Of a stretch of DNA of 64,000 bases, positions 27,101 to 41,569 are shown piece after piece. Under the pieces are notes generated by a model that was not told the DNA's origin, searched no databases, and was given only the letters and a program-made list of their open reading frames with translations. The stretch lies in contig JAUPSS010000002.1 of the NCBI GenBank assembly GCA_040285825.1, positions 2,418,001-2,482,000 of the forward strand. Direction: 5' to 3'. Position 1 is the stretch's first letter; every line of letters begins with the position of its first letter. This DNA comes from Eukaryota sp. TZLM1-RC (taxonomy: Eukaryota; Protista; Metamonada: BaSk clade). The position numbers were made by a program, and so were the translations under genes.

Positions 27101-30100
27101 ATGGAAATGTGGATTTCTATGGATGTTTCATCATCTCAGGCTCTGGTCATTTAAATATTGATTCTGCTACCGTCCAGAACATTGAAATTTGTGATTTGGA
27201 CGGATCGCTTTTCGTTTTCAACTCTAGTATTCATATTATACTTATTAACAATATGGGTGGTAATACTTCGTTTAGTAACACTGTAGTCAATAATCATTTT
27301 TCAATCAACAAACTAATTGGTAAGATACATTTCAAAGGTAGCGACGTCAACACTCTCCACATTCACCAAGTTACTGGTAGAGCATACATTGCAGATCAAT
27401 CTATTATTGGTAACATGGAGGTAGCAGCCGTCGAATTGGGATTCTTGCAGTTTGAAGATTGTCTTGTTGATTCTTATACTATTCTCAACTTCAATTCTGG
27501 CAAGATTAATTTCCTCCAAGATTCTTCTGTAAATGTGACCAAACATGTTCAATTTGGCGGATCTACTGTCGTCAATGGTGAAGAAGTTTCTTTTGCACAA
27601 GCCAATGTTACTGTTCTTGATGGTTCATTTAACTTTACTAATGGTTTTATTCCTGATCTTACAGACTTCCTTGTTGAAGGTGATGTTGTTATTGATCAGT
27701 TTGCTTCTAATCAACAAGAAGTTAATGTATTGACCTTGAATGATGGAAAGTTTGTCATTACTCCACTTACCCAATTCAATATTGCTAAAGTGAATTTACA
27801 TAAAGGAACTTTTGGCGGTCCTAATTCAACTGTTGAAGAGTTATATTGGACTCATGGCAATCTAGATTCTGATTCTGTAACTCACGCTTCTAATGTCAAA
27901 ATGACCTCTGAATTGCAGAAGGAATTCAAGTCTGGTTCTAAGTTAGTTGTTTATGATAAGGGAGAATGGAATGATGGAACGGTGATGGGTGAAGATGGAT
28001 CTGTTCTTGAAATTTTGACTGACAGCTCAATGATCTTTACTGGAACAGAAGGATGGTATACTCAAAATATTGCCACTGACAATTCTGCCATTTTTTCCAC
28101 TGGTATATTAGAATTCAGTACACTGGATTCAATCACTATGGAATGGGATATTTTCAGTACTTTAATCACTGTTTCTAAAGGAAATATTTCCTTTGAAGAA
28201 TCAGATTTATCTACTGACAACTTCATCATTGAGCAAGACGCCACAATTCATCTTCGTAATAGAGTAAATGTTACTGATTTCATTGGTGGGGCTGGTGATG
28301 TTGTTATTGACGATGAAGATTCTTATGTTCTTTTTGAAGGAACTCTAAATCAAACAGGAACTTTATATATGAGAGATGGTCTTTTAGATTTGAGACAGAC
28401 GGAAATTGTTAATGTAACTATTGTTTATACTGGCGGAATTATTTTGTTTAGAGAGGACGTTAATGGTGATCGAGTCAATATTCCCGAACTTGGTACTGAT
28501 TTAGATATTGTTGACACTGACTTACTTGAATTAATCATTGGTAAATGTAATGGTCCAGTAACCATCAAAAATAGTAAAGTTTCAAAGGTCTATATTAACG
28601 AAATGTATGAGAATTGCCACGTTGTTTTTAAGGAAGGAGCCATTGTTGAGAAAGTAGTTATTAATGATATGTTTGATGGTTCTTTGGTCTTTAATGACGA
28701 ATCTGATGTTAAATTCGACTATATCAAGATTCATAATGGTCTCGTTGTTGCACAACCAGGTTCATCTCCCTCATTTACGGATTCTACACTCATTATTAAT
28801 GATGGTAATGTTACATTAAACGAAGCTTCAAAAACTAAGTTCAAGGATGTAACAACTGAATTGAATGGTGGTGAATTGGTTATTCATCCCAGTGGAACCA
28901 AAAATTGTCCTCAATGGCCAAGGTTGATTTTAAATCATGATGCCAATTTGGTTATTAATGAACCTGACTGTGTTTCCAAGGTTAATTTACTTGAAGTTAA
29001 TGATATGGCTAAGATCACTTCCTTTGGCACTATTCATGTTAAGGATATGCTTTTTAATGGAGGGGTTATTGGAAAAGATTCTACTTCCTTCCATGTTTTA
29101 AATGAAATCACAGTCACTGATTGTAAGGATAAGTTATTTGGACAAAATGTTCGTTTATTTATTAACAATACTGGTAGGTTTGAATCAACTTCAGAAACCT
29201 GTGATAGTTTCAATACAAAGTTTGATAATAATGCAGTTCTTTACATTGACCATTCAGCTTTTCTTAACTTTTCTTCTAGTTCATCCAAGTCTTTGAACTT
29301 TGTTTTTGCATGTGATGATTGTAACTCCTTTACTGGTATCAGAAACTTTGGTGAGTTGTATGTCGAAGAGGACTCTGTTGTGGAATTCTCTGTTTATGTT
29401 GAATCTGTTGGTGATTTTTCATTACACTCTAATTCGGAGGTTGATTTTAATCAATTCACTGAAATTTTGGGTAATTTATTGTTAGATTCCTTAGCTCAGC
29501 TCAATGTCAATAATGATTTACTTCAACATTCAACTTCTAATGTTGAAATTAATACTGATGCAATGATTTATGCTAATTCTGACAATATTTTCTTCAATGG
29601 CCAAGTTGATTGCGAAGCTGAAACTACTGATTGTTTAACAGTTGAATCTGGGTCTGTCAACTTTACAGAAAGCTTCACTTCTACCCGTGTTAATTTAAAG
29701 ATTTCCAATGGCGAACTTAACCACTATGGAAAGTTGGATGTTTTAAATTGCAATATTGTAAAGGGAAATTTATCTTTTAAATCAGGTGCTGTTATTGATT
29801 CAATTAACCACTGTAAAGTAAAATCTTCAGGATCTGTTATTCATCATGGTATTTCCGAAACAAAGTCTGTTGGCAAATTAGAAATCGTTGGTGGTAAATA
29901 TCATTTACTCGATGCCAGTATTATTAATTCTCATGAATCAACTTTTATATTAGTTGGCGAATCTAGTGAATTTATTTCAAAATCGGGAGCTTTGTTTAAT
30001 CTAACTAATGCAATAATTAATCTAAAATCTGGCCACTATTTATTTGAAAGTTCCAGTGTAACTGACTCTCCTACCATTGCTGAATGTACAATTACGGGTG

Positions 30101-33100
30101 GTAACTTTGATGCTAATTTAGATGAACTTGTACTCATAGATGACTTGCATCTAGATGGTTCCACTGCTAAACGATCTGGTGAATCAACTATTGAAGTATT
30201 AAACTTATTTACATTTACTAATGGTACCTTGAGTGGTTCAGGAATAACCAAATCTTTAAAATTGTTTAAGTTTAACTCTCAGTCTCAACAGTCAATAACT
30301 GATGGGCATTTATTAGAATTGATTGATTCTGCTGAATTTTCTCGATGTAATGTTTACGGTGAAGATCAAGCTTCTATTCATGTATTGTCTAATTCTACTG
30401 TTAATATTACGGGAACATGTTCATTTACTGCTGGTGATTCATCTGACTTGGTTATTTGGAATGAAGGTACCATTAACTCTAACCATGATTCTGTAGAATT
30501 TGGATGGTATTTCACCAATGACTTTATCCTTAATGTTGAGTCTGGTCAGTTAATTCTTTCCGGTAATGGTACTAGTTCCAATTTAATCAATATTATGGGT
30601 AGGCTAATTATAAAGTCTACAGTTATTTCTACTGATTCTGCAACAATCAATGGTTCAGAACAATCATTAATTGTTCTTAATTCAGCGGTTTCATATTTTA
30701 TTAACTCTGGAACTTTTGACGTAAAAGGTGATTTGAAACTTGAACATACAGGTGTTGTTGCTGAATTTGTCAATCAAAGTAGTGTTTTAGTTGTTAATTT
30801 TGTGGTGGACCACGGTTTTCTTCGTTTTACTGATAATTCCATCATAACATCGTTTTCTGGGACTTTAAATGATGGTGTTGTTTCCATTTTGAGTAACAGT
30901 CGTATTGACTTCATTTCTATCATTTCCCAAGATGGCGGACTACTCTCTGTCAATTCTGCCAAGTTGATCGATTTTTCTCAATCCAATTTAATCCTTTCGG
31001 GTGGAGAGTTTATCGCTGATAATAATGCTACATTTGATCATACAAATGCGACAATTATTGGTGGTCATTTACTTTTAACTTCAACACTTTCCGGTGCTTA
31101 TGCTGTACACTTTGATAACATGGAGTTATTGGGTGGTATTTTTGAAACTGAAGGCGAAGCTAATCCTGTATTTATTGATTCTTTGTTACTGAATGGAGGT
31201 ACTCGCCAAGGAGACCGCACTCTCGTTATTAATACCGTTTTTATTTGGGAGTCTGGGTATCTTAAATCGAAAGCTATTACCGAAAGTATTGAGTTTACTC
31301 TATTCAGAACTCCTGAAGAAAAGGACCTCGGATCAAATCATGAATTGTTACTTTCTCGTTACAGTGTTTTTGAAGATGGTAACTTGAAGTGCTATAATAA
31401 TACAAGAGTTATTAATAATTTTGACTCCAACTTTATTATTACCGGAAAAGGTAGCATTACTGATGTTTCTGATGATATTACCCCCTTATTTATTAACAAA
31501 AACACCGCCACTGTTATTAAACAAGGCTGTGGTGAGTTTACTGTTTCCATCTCGCTCCATAATTATGGACTAATTAAGATTCATGACATCTCTAGTTGTT
31601 CAAGTCCAAACTCTTTAATTGTTTCAGGTGACTCCTGGTCAATTGGAGTCATAAAAGTCACTAAACAGTCAATACTAGACATCAAGGCTCAATTACATCT
31701 TAATCATACTTCGTTGCTGGAAGGAAGTGGTGACGTGTCTCTCACATCATCATCGTCATTTTTGATTGTTTCAAACACATTCAACCACACTGGTTTTGTA
31801 AATGTTACCGCTGATGAAGCTCAAATGGACATTACCAGGGAATCCAATGTTTTTGAAATCAACCTACTCCTACTTGCTGATGGAATAGTCAATATTAAAG
31901 AAGGTTCAAATGTCACTCTAATTACTAGCAAAGTAAATAAGGGAAAACTCAATGTTCACGGAGCTGGTATTGAACAATATGAATCACTTACTTGCAATGG
32001 AGGAGTTGTTAATTTATTTGAAAATTCTGTTGTGGAATTCAGCCAGTCCAAACTCGAAATCAATGGTGGTGAGGTTGTTTTCCATCCATTGTCCCAAATT
32101 TCCATAACCAATTCCATTCTTCATTTAACTGGAGGTGATCTTATTATTTTTGACTCTTCTGTTCAAACCCAACCTTTATTTGAAACTGTTATTATAGATG
32201 GGGGTGAATTATTTTTCAATTCCTCTAATGATCTTTATATAGAAAATCTTTATATGAATGATGGAAAAAGATCTGGTTTTGGAGTTATTGAGGTTTCTAA
32301 TGTTTTGACTTGGAAAGGAGGTAAACTTTATGAATCTGGTATTACTAAAAATATGAAACTAATGGTGGTTGAAGGTGATTCCTTAATGGAGATAGATGAG
32401 GGTCACACTTTGGTTAATTATGGTAATGTGACTCTCCTTGAAGGAACACTTGAAGCTGGTGCTTTTACCAGAATTGTCAACAAACCTAATGCTGTATTTG
32501 AAATTGGAGGCCAAGGTAAATTAAATCCCACTTCTGAAAATGAAGCATTGCCTTTATTTATCAATTATGGTATATTTGCTAAAATTTCCACTGCTGACAC
32601 TTTTGAATTCCTTCTTGGTCTCCAAAACCATGAATTCGTTTTAATTGAAAATGGTTCTTTATCAATTGGCACAGACTCTTTTTCTACTGATACTATTCAA
32701 ATTAATGAAGGTTGTACCTTGGAATTAACTGGAAAATTTGACTTATTAAATACTTCAATAGTTGTTAATTCACCGGGAAATATTCATGTTTCCAGACCAG
32801 AATCTAATGTTTTTGTTGATGGCTTGTTTGATCATTCTGGACAGTTTTTTAATTGATGATGGCGAAGTTACTTTTGGTAACAGTGTTGTGGTTGATCAAG
32901 TCAATCTTGTTATGAATGATGGATTAGTTAACTTTAAAGAAGGTTCAAAAGTCACTCTAATTACTAGCAAAGTAAATAAGGGAAAACTCAATGTTCACGG
33001 AGCTGGTATTGAACAATATGAATCACTTACTTGCAATGGAGGAGTTGTTAATTTATTTGAAAATTCTGTTGTGGAATTCAGCCAGTCCAAACTCGAAATC

Positions 33101-36100
33101 AATGGTGGTGAGGTTGTTTTCCATCCATTGTCCCAAATTTCCATAACCAATTCCATTCTTCATTTAAATGGAGGTGATCTTATTATTTTTGACTCTTCTG
33201 TTCAAACCCAACCTTTATTTGAAACTGTTATTATAGATGGGGGTGAATTATTTTTCAATTCCTCTAATGATCTTTATATAGAAAATCTTTATATGAATGA
33301 TGGAAAAAGATCTGGTTTTGGCATTATTGAGGTTTCTAATGTTTTTACTTGGAAAGGAGGTAAACTTTATGAATCTGGTATTACTAAAAATATGAAACTA
33401 ATGGTGGTTGAAGGTGATTCCTTAATGGAGATAGATGAGGGTCACACTTTGGTTAATTATGGTAATGTGACTCTCCTTGAAGGAACACTTGAAGCTGGTG
33501 CTTTTACCAGAATTGTCAACAAACCTAATGCTGTATTTGAAATTGGAGGCCAAGGTAAATTAAATCCCACTTCTGAAAATGAAGCATTGCCTTTATTTAT
33601 TAATTATGGTATATTTGCTAAAATTTCCACTGCTGACACTTTTGAATTCCTTCTTGGTCTCCAAAACCATGAATTCGTTTTAATTGAAAATGGTTCTTTA
33701 TCAATTGGCACAGACTCTTTTTCTACTGATACTATTCAAATTAATGAAGGTTGTACCTTGGAATTAACTGGAAAATTTGACTTATTAAATACTTCAATAG
33801 TTGTTAATTCACCGGGAAATATTCATGTTTCCAGACCAGAATCTAATGTTTTTGTTGATGGCTTGTTTGATCATTCTGGACAGTTTTTAATTGATGATGG
33901 CGAAGTTACTTTTGGTAACAGTGTTGTGGTTGATCAAGTCAATCTTGTTATGAATGATGGATTAGTTAACTTTAAAGAAGGTTCAAAAGTCACTCTAATT
34001 ACTAGCAAAGTAAATAAGGGAAAACTCAATGTTCACGGAGCTGGTATTGAACAATATGAATCACTTACTTGCAATGGAGGAGTTGTTAATTTATTTGAAA
34101 ATTCTGTTGTGGAATTCAGCCAGTCCAAACTCGAAATCAATGGTGGTGAGGTTGTTTTCCATCCATTGTCCCAAATTTCCATAACCAATTCCATTCTTCA
34201 TTTAAATGGAGGTGATCTTATTATTTTTGACTCTTCTGTTCAAACCCAACCTTTATTTGAAACTGTTATTATAGATGGGGGTGAATTATTTTTCAATTCC
34301 TCTAATGATCTTTATATAGAAAATCTTTATATGAATGATGGAAAAAGATCTGGTTTTGGCATTATTGAGGTTTCTAATGTTTTTACTTGGAAAGGAGGTA
34401 AACTTTATGAATCTGGTATTACTAAAAATATGAAACTAATGGTGGTTGAAGGTGATTCCTTAATGGAGATAGATGATGGTCACACTTTGGTTAATTATGG
34501 TAATGTGACCCTTCTTGAAGGAACACTTGAAGCTGGTGCTTTTACCAGAATTGTCAACAAACCTAATGCTGTATTTGAAATTGGAGGCCAAGGTAAATTA
34601 AATCCCACTTCTGAAAATGAAGCATTGCCTTTATTTATTAATTATGGTATATTTGCCAAAATTTCCACTGCTGACACTTTTGAATTCCTTCTTGGTCTCC
34701 AAAACCATGAATTCGTTTTAATTGAAAATGGTACTTTATCAATTGGCACAGACTCTTTTTCTACTGATACTATTCAAATTAATGAAGGTTGTACCTTGGA
34801 ATTAACTGGAAAATTCGACTTTTTAAATACTTCAATAGTTGTTAATTCACCGGGAAATATTCACGTTTCCAGACCAGAATCTAATGTTTTTGTTGATGGC
34901 TTGTTTGATCATTCTGGACAGTTATTAATTGATGATGGCGAAGTTACTTTTGCTCATGATCTTTATGTTGAAAAGGGTTTCATTGTTCAATCTGGGGGTT
35001 TATTTCAAGCTTTTGGAATTATAGACGAGTTGAAGCTCAATATTTCAGGTGGATCTGCTCAAATTTTAGACGTTTTAATTAAAAATCTCTCCACTATTGA
35101 ATTATCTCGTTCAGGTCTTATCAATATCACCAAGTATTCAACGATAGATTTTTCAGATTCTTTGTGGAAAGTTTCTGGTGGTCAATTATTATTCAATGAT
35201 GGAAGTTCATCTAATATCACCAATGTTAACCTATTCCAGGATGATGGATTAATTTACTTTGAAGATACCTTTTTACCCATTGTCGGTCATTTTGAAGAAG
35301 TTTATCTTTGTGGGGGAATCCTTTTACTTAATAACAACAACTCTATTAATACTGAAACATTTAAGCTTTGTGGTGGTATTAGGTCAGGTAATGGTAATAT
35401 GAATGTGACTCAACACTTTTCGTGGACTGCTGGAACTCTAACTGATCCTGGAACAACTACTGTATTAGCAAATTCTTTGTTTACAGAAAATAAGCCTAAA
35501 GATTTGTTAAATGGTCATTCTTTAATTAATTACGATGAAATGACAATTGAAGACACTCTGATTCATCTAGTTAATGGTTCTCAAATAATTAACACTAATT
35601 ACGGTCATGTTTACTTTAAGAACCAAGCCTCCCTCATTGGTGAAATTAATACTGATTTGGACCCTTCTGTTGTTAACCATGGCAAATTCACTGTTCATTC
35701 TGACAGTTTGGCTCTGATTTCTTCTGATTTCTTCAATTTTGGAGATGTTTTTGTTTTGGATGATTCTATTATTGATATTGGTGGTGTTAGTTCGCATTCA
35801 ACTGGTCTCATTAATGCTTCTTATTCTTCCACTATCAAAATCCATGGTACTTTTGAATTTGGAGATCAAGCCAGCGTTTATGGAGGTGGTTCTTTATTTG
35901 TTTATTCAATGAACGGAAAGGTTGACATTTTGACAGTATTTGACCTTATTAATAATATCACAGTCACTGATTCAGCTGTTTTATCTTTATCTAAACCAGA
36001 CAGTTGTCATCTTTACCCCTCCACAGTTAAGGTTTCTAATGCTAGTCTCTTAATTGAACATTGTATTGTTGATGGTTTGGATTTGTTTGTTTCCGATAAT

Positions 36101-39100
36101 GGTATTGTTTTCATTAATGGTACTGCCAATATTACTGGATTTAATCTTGATTTAGAATTTGGTAAAGTTTTCTTAATGGATTCCTCTAGACTTGTTGCTA
36201 CTTATTCTAATTGGACATTGGGACCTTTTATTGCTGAATTTGATATATTCACTGGATCTGAACTATCTGGATTACTTCATTCAGTTACATTACTTGAAAA
36301 CTCGATGTTGTATATTGGAAATGAATCTATTGGTGCTCTTGAATTCAACCACCTTAACCTTGATGGTGGAAGTCTTAATTATTCCGACAAGCAATCTGAT
36401 CTTTTGGTTGACAACTTGTTTTCCTTTAATGGAACTCGATTGGGCACAGGAAATATTTCAGTAACTGACAGTCTTGATGTCAAAAATTTGGAAATGTCAG
36501 GAGATGCAACAACTCAAGCATTAATCGACTCAAAATGTATTATTTCGTATGGAAGAATAGATCTTTTTAATCACCATTTCGTTCTTCATTGCACAGTGTT
36601 AATTCAAGAATCAACAATTAACTGTAACAACAGTATTATTGATCAAGAATATAATGTTTTAGTTTTCAATAATTCTGAATTTATTGGTTCCAATTCTGAA
36701 TTCAATTCCTTTAGCAAGGTATCTATTGAAAATGCTTTCCGTACTTCAATTAATTCTACATTCCATTCTCTTGTTACTGTTTATAGTAACAGTTCATTAA
36801 TCAATTCTGATCAGCTTGTATTTTCCAGTTCCAGTAATTGTAATTCCTTTGGTTCTATTGTTACTGAGTTTGATGGTACTTCTTATCTTTATGGAACTCT
36901 TGAATGTTTTGAGCATTATTGTTTAATTAATTATGGATTTACTGAATTTGTCAATGATTCAAATAATGTAAATTTATCGATTCGTTCTCTTGATGGTTAT
37001 GTTTTAATTAGTCATGATGCTATATTCGTTGATAACGTTACTATTTCCTCAATTGATGGTACAGTAAGAGTTTTTTCCGATTTAATTCATTTACAAATTC
37101 AAGAATCAACTGGTGGTTTAATTGATCTCTCTTCTGAAGTGCAGTATTTTTCAGTTAATTCTTTTGAAGGAGGTCTGTTATTAATTAATTCTACTGCCAA
37201 GGTTCTTAATATTAAAGAATTCGTCAGTTCCAATTATGCAAATGTTATTATTAATGATGGTTCTTTCCTTAATATGACCAATTCGTTACTGGAAATTAAT
37301 GGAGGACTCTTTGAAATTCAAGAGTTTGCTGAGGTTTCATTTGGATCTCCATCTACTTGTAAAATTTCCCAATCTAATGGAAATATTGCCTCTCAAATTA
37401 ATTTAGAATTGGACTTATTTGAAATTTCCGGGGGTGTTTTTACATCAAATGCTTCTATTTCTACCTTTATCATCAAGGGTGGTGTTGTTGATTATGCAAA
37501 TTTATCTGTTGAAGTTATTCAAACTTGCACCGAGTCACCCTCAACATTTATTAATTCTTTTATTAGTTTAACAGGTTCCATTTCCAGTTTGTGTTCTTCT
37601 GATATTATTTTAGAAGGATCAGATTTAGTAATTCAAAAAGCCCTTATTGATAGTATTGTTGAATTTTTGGGTATTTTTGGTGATAATTATTCTTCTGTTT
37701 TGTTCAATTCATCTCTCATTTTCTCTGAATTAAATAATCTTGAAATTAATTCTCAGACTTTTATTCCTTTTGGTGCTGAAATTGCTGGTAATTTGACAAT
37801 TTCGGACCCCCAGTTCACTGGTGATGTTGTTTTAAATTCCACTGCCCAACTTTCTGTTGAATCGTTTATCTTGCCCAAATCGAGCTCTTTAGTTGTCTTT
37901 AATGGGGCGATTTCTTTTGGTAATATCCATATCTCAGGCAGTTTAATGGTATTTGGCCACTACCAACATGGTGGTTTGTTAAATCTAACTTCAACTTCAA
38001 TTGTCAATGTTTCTATTCATGACAAACTCACTTTTGATACAATTGCAGTCGAATCTATTAATTATAATGGTGATTTATTTATAAACTTCGAACCCACCTT
38101 TGAACTTAGAAGAGGAACTCAATTTACTTTCTTTGAACATGACTCCCACACTGGGAAATTCAATGAAATTACTGGTAACTGTTTGTCTAATTTTGGATTC
38201 AATTACACTTCTACTCAAATGTACGCTGAAGTGGGCAATAAGATTGATCCTGATTATCGTTACTATTTCTTTATCTCACCATTAGGTTTTGATTCCCTTT
38301 GCTGTGGACCATCTGATGTTCCTTGTAAAACATTGGAAGCTACTTTATCTAGAACTTTGGAGGATGATTATATTGAATTTTTAAAGGGAAACTATTCTGA
38401 ATATGAACCATTAGTATTTCGAAATACTGGAATAGGCGTTGTAAATGGTTCTAATAATAAATTTACTTGTGAAAATGGAGGAATTGGTCTGGAAATCATT
38501 AGTGAAGGCAATCTTACTGTTTCTGGTTTCAATTTCACTGAGTGTGAAACTGCAATTAAGTCAACTAATTCTGTTTTAAATATTGATAATTTAAAAGTTA
38601 ATTCAAGTTTGATCTCTTTGTCCTCACGAATAATTGATTCAGTCCACAGTAAAATCAACCTAGTAAACTCCCAATTTTCTGATCTTAGTGGTCCATTAAT
38701 TTCTGTTGGTTCTGGCTCCCAACTTGAAATTTATTCAATTACTATTGCTTCAATTGATGGTATTGTTTTTAATGCCGAATCTTCTACGCTTTTTATCAAT
38801 GATTTTGTTGCTACACATTTAAATAACAATTTAATTTCTTCTACTAATTCTAAATTGAAATTTAATAATACCAATATTAGAGAAAGTCTTGGTTCAATTT
38901 GTGTTGAATTATTCAATGGCAATAATGAATTTAGTGATTTTAGGGTAATTAATTCACAATATTCTGAAACTATTTTTAAAACCATTCATTCTGATTTAGC
39001 AGTAGATACTTTTATTATTTCAAATGTTGTTACCCCTCTTGTTTTCAATACTTTTAAATCGATTGTTTCGTTGGCCAATATTAATCAATTATCAGAAACT

Positions 39101-41569
39101 AATCAATTATTAATTACTAGGAAGTCCTTTATTAGAATTTCTGATTCTCCATTGGACAACTACCATCTCACTGAACCTTTAATCATCTCTCATTCATCTT
39201 CTTTCGATATAAATAATGTCGATATTAATTCTGATCTTCAATCAATTTTGATTGCGACAACTTCTGGAGATTTATTTATCTCCAATTCCAAGTTAGTTTC
39301 ATCCAAACAACCTGCAATTCAAGGCTTGTCTATTCAATCTATAACTATTATTAATTCTTCTTTTAGCAACAGCAATCAAGCCGTTTATTCCTCAAATATT
39401 GATTCATTGGATGTTCAAAATTCCTCATTTGTATCTTGTTCATCTGTCTCTGGTGGAGCTATCTTTGTTGATTCAAATTCTTTTTCAATTACCAATTCTA
39501 TATTCCAGCAAAACACTGCAACTGAATTTGGTGGTGCAATCTTTATTAATAAAGTTGAACCAAGACACTCTGTTATTGACAAGTGCGTTTTCACTCTCAA
39601 TACTGCTCCAATTGGTGGTAGTGTTTATATCAATTTGACTCAACTATTTAGAATTAATTCAATTAATTCAGAAAATATTGCTTCTAATTATGGTTCGGAT
39701 TTTGCTTCTCCTCCCTTTAGAATAGTTGCTGAACAACAAAATTTTACTTCAGTATTTCTTTTTATTCAAGACGTTTTCAATAATACTGTCCCAATCAATC
39801 GCCACGTGGCACTTATCCCAGGAACTGGTACTTTTGCTTTTGAAGGCAATCCTGTAAAGAACTTTGTTGAAGGTAAAGCTGATTTTATTAATGTTTCTGT
39901 TTTGGGAGCCCCTGCTTTCCATTCAGCTTTTGCTGTGTCTTCTGGTCTTTTGCCTGCCGAATTCACTATTGAAGGAGGTGAATGTAAAGAAGGACAAGAA
40001 ATAGACGGTGAAGGACACTGCGTAGATTGTCCAATCGGAACTAAATTTGTAAATGGAAAATGTGAACCTTGTCCTCTTGGTTCATGGAATTCTGCTGCAA
40101 GGTCTAGTTCTTGTTCACAATGCCTGCCAGGAACCAGAAGAGGTCCTAACGACACTGGTTGTACCCCTTGTGATCACCGCTCTGTAGCCCCAGATCAAGG
40201 CATGGATGAATGTATTCCTTGTGGTCTTAGAATGGGAGCAAATGAAGACTTTACTGAGTGTGTCTGTATGGGTAATCTTTATTATCTAGATGGTGACTGT
40301 ATTCAGTGTCCTTCTGGTCTTTGGTGTGAATCTTTTAATGAGTTTTGTGTCCAAGATTCCTTTTACCAAGCAGATGATGGTACTGTTTCCTTCTGTAAAA
40401 TTTCTGGGTGTAGAGGTAATTGTACTTCTACTGAATCTTGCTTTGAAGGTTATGAAGGTCCCTTGTGCTCATATTGTCAAGATGGTATGTACGCTAGTGG
40501 TAATTTGTGCCTTGAATGTCCACATTTATTATTAATTATCCTTGCCATTATTGTTCAAATTACTTTATACTTATCTTTAGTTCCTCTCCTAAAGTTGGAT
40601 TCAAGAACTAAGTTTTCATCTTTGCGGTTTTATTTACCTCTTGTACGTTTCATACAAGCTCTTTGTGCGATTAGAACAGTTACTGCTATAGAATTACCAG
40701 TGGCGGTTCACAGAGTATTTGACTTTTTGGATTTAATCTTGCTTCGACCATGGGGATCTCCAATTGCTGGTTGCGCTGGTTTGCCTGCAGGTTTTAACTC
40801 TCTTTATTGGGGTTCTGCGATGTTATTACCAATTATTTTAGTTATTGGTTCTTTGCGACGAGCTGTTGCCCTTTCTTCTGTATTTTTCCAGCTTTTCTTT
40901 GCTGTTCCTGCTCACAATTTACTATCTGTATTCAGTTGTCGAGGGCTGGATTCCACAGATTTCAAATTTTCAATATTTTATAATGATTTACAATGTGGAT
41001 CATTAATTTGGATTATTCAGTTCATTATTACTTTTTTAATTATTTCTATTTATTTTGGGTTTATTGTTTACTTTTATTTTATTCCTAAAAAACGAGTTTT
41101 TACATCAACAATAGCCAGTAAGAGCTTCATTGATGAATTTGGTTTCCAAGTTCATTTATTACTTGTTGTTGGTGTTGTTTTCTTATTTGAAGGTCCAGGT
41201 TTATTATTCCAAAGTGCTTTTGGTTTTGTTGCTTGTCTTGTAGCCTTGGCAATTAATTCAAGAAGACGATCTTATGTAAATGAAATCGCTCATTCACTCC
41301 AAACAACTTATCTAGCAATTGAGGCAGTTTTATTTATGTTGGTATTTGCAATTTCTTTGGACTTTATCAATTATTCCAAAATGTTTATCGATACGGTGTT
41401 AATTTTCATTGGATTTGTCGCTATTTTTTCACTTATTGTGTCTATAAGAGCATTTGTTTTTGGTAAAGTGGGTACTTTGCACAAATTTAATCGTGCTTTT
41501 GCTACCAATATTCTTCAAAATCCTTTTGTCTATTTAGGCCGTACTGATTCTGAGTCTTGTAATAATTAG
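9155..41569 (+). CDS. Giant surface protein (~10,794 aa): signal peptide, very long beta-strand/beta-helix repeat ectodomain, Pmp-like GGAI repeats, Cys-rich GCC2/GCC3-like repeats, multi-pass TM C-terminus
   Basis: Exon 1 9155-9206 (MNRLLLLLSLLCYVCAN), intron 9207-9235, then ORFs 9235-32856 and 32762-41569 joined across one extra T at 32845-32850; GGAIF motifs ~39450-39620; CxxCPxG repeats 39980-40520; several hydrophobic helices 40530-41460. Confidence 0.85.
9207..9235 (+). other. 29-nt spliceosomal intron
   Basis: GTATGT...TTTCAG; removal joins an ATG-initiated signal peptide in frame with the 7873-aa ORF, which otherwise has no ATG start or signal peptide. Confidence 0.85.
14584..16275 (+). 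repeat. Three dispersed near-identical ~290-bp coding repeats (14584-14872, 15220-15509, 15988-16275)
   Basis: SIQESLIIQNASF...NLDEPL block repeated three times, almost identical at DNA level. Confidence 0.95.
31896..34951 (+). repeat. Tandem ~3 x 1038-bp (346-aa) coding repeat
   Basis: Unit starts at 31896, 32935, 33973 (TAAAGAAGGTTCAAA); near-identical DNA; first unit has one extra T. Confidence 0.95.

Noticed and set aside
32762-32856. Separate 2935-aa gene starting at 32762
   Set aside because: Non-ATG start inside a tandem repeat; explained by one extra T relative to the sister repeat.
9254-40535. Many short ORFs overlapping the giant gene
   Set aside because: Alternate-frame or antisense shadows with no independent signal.
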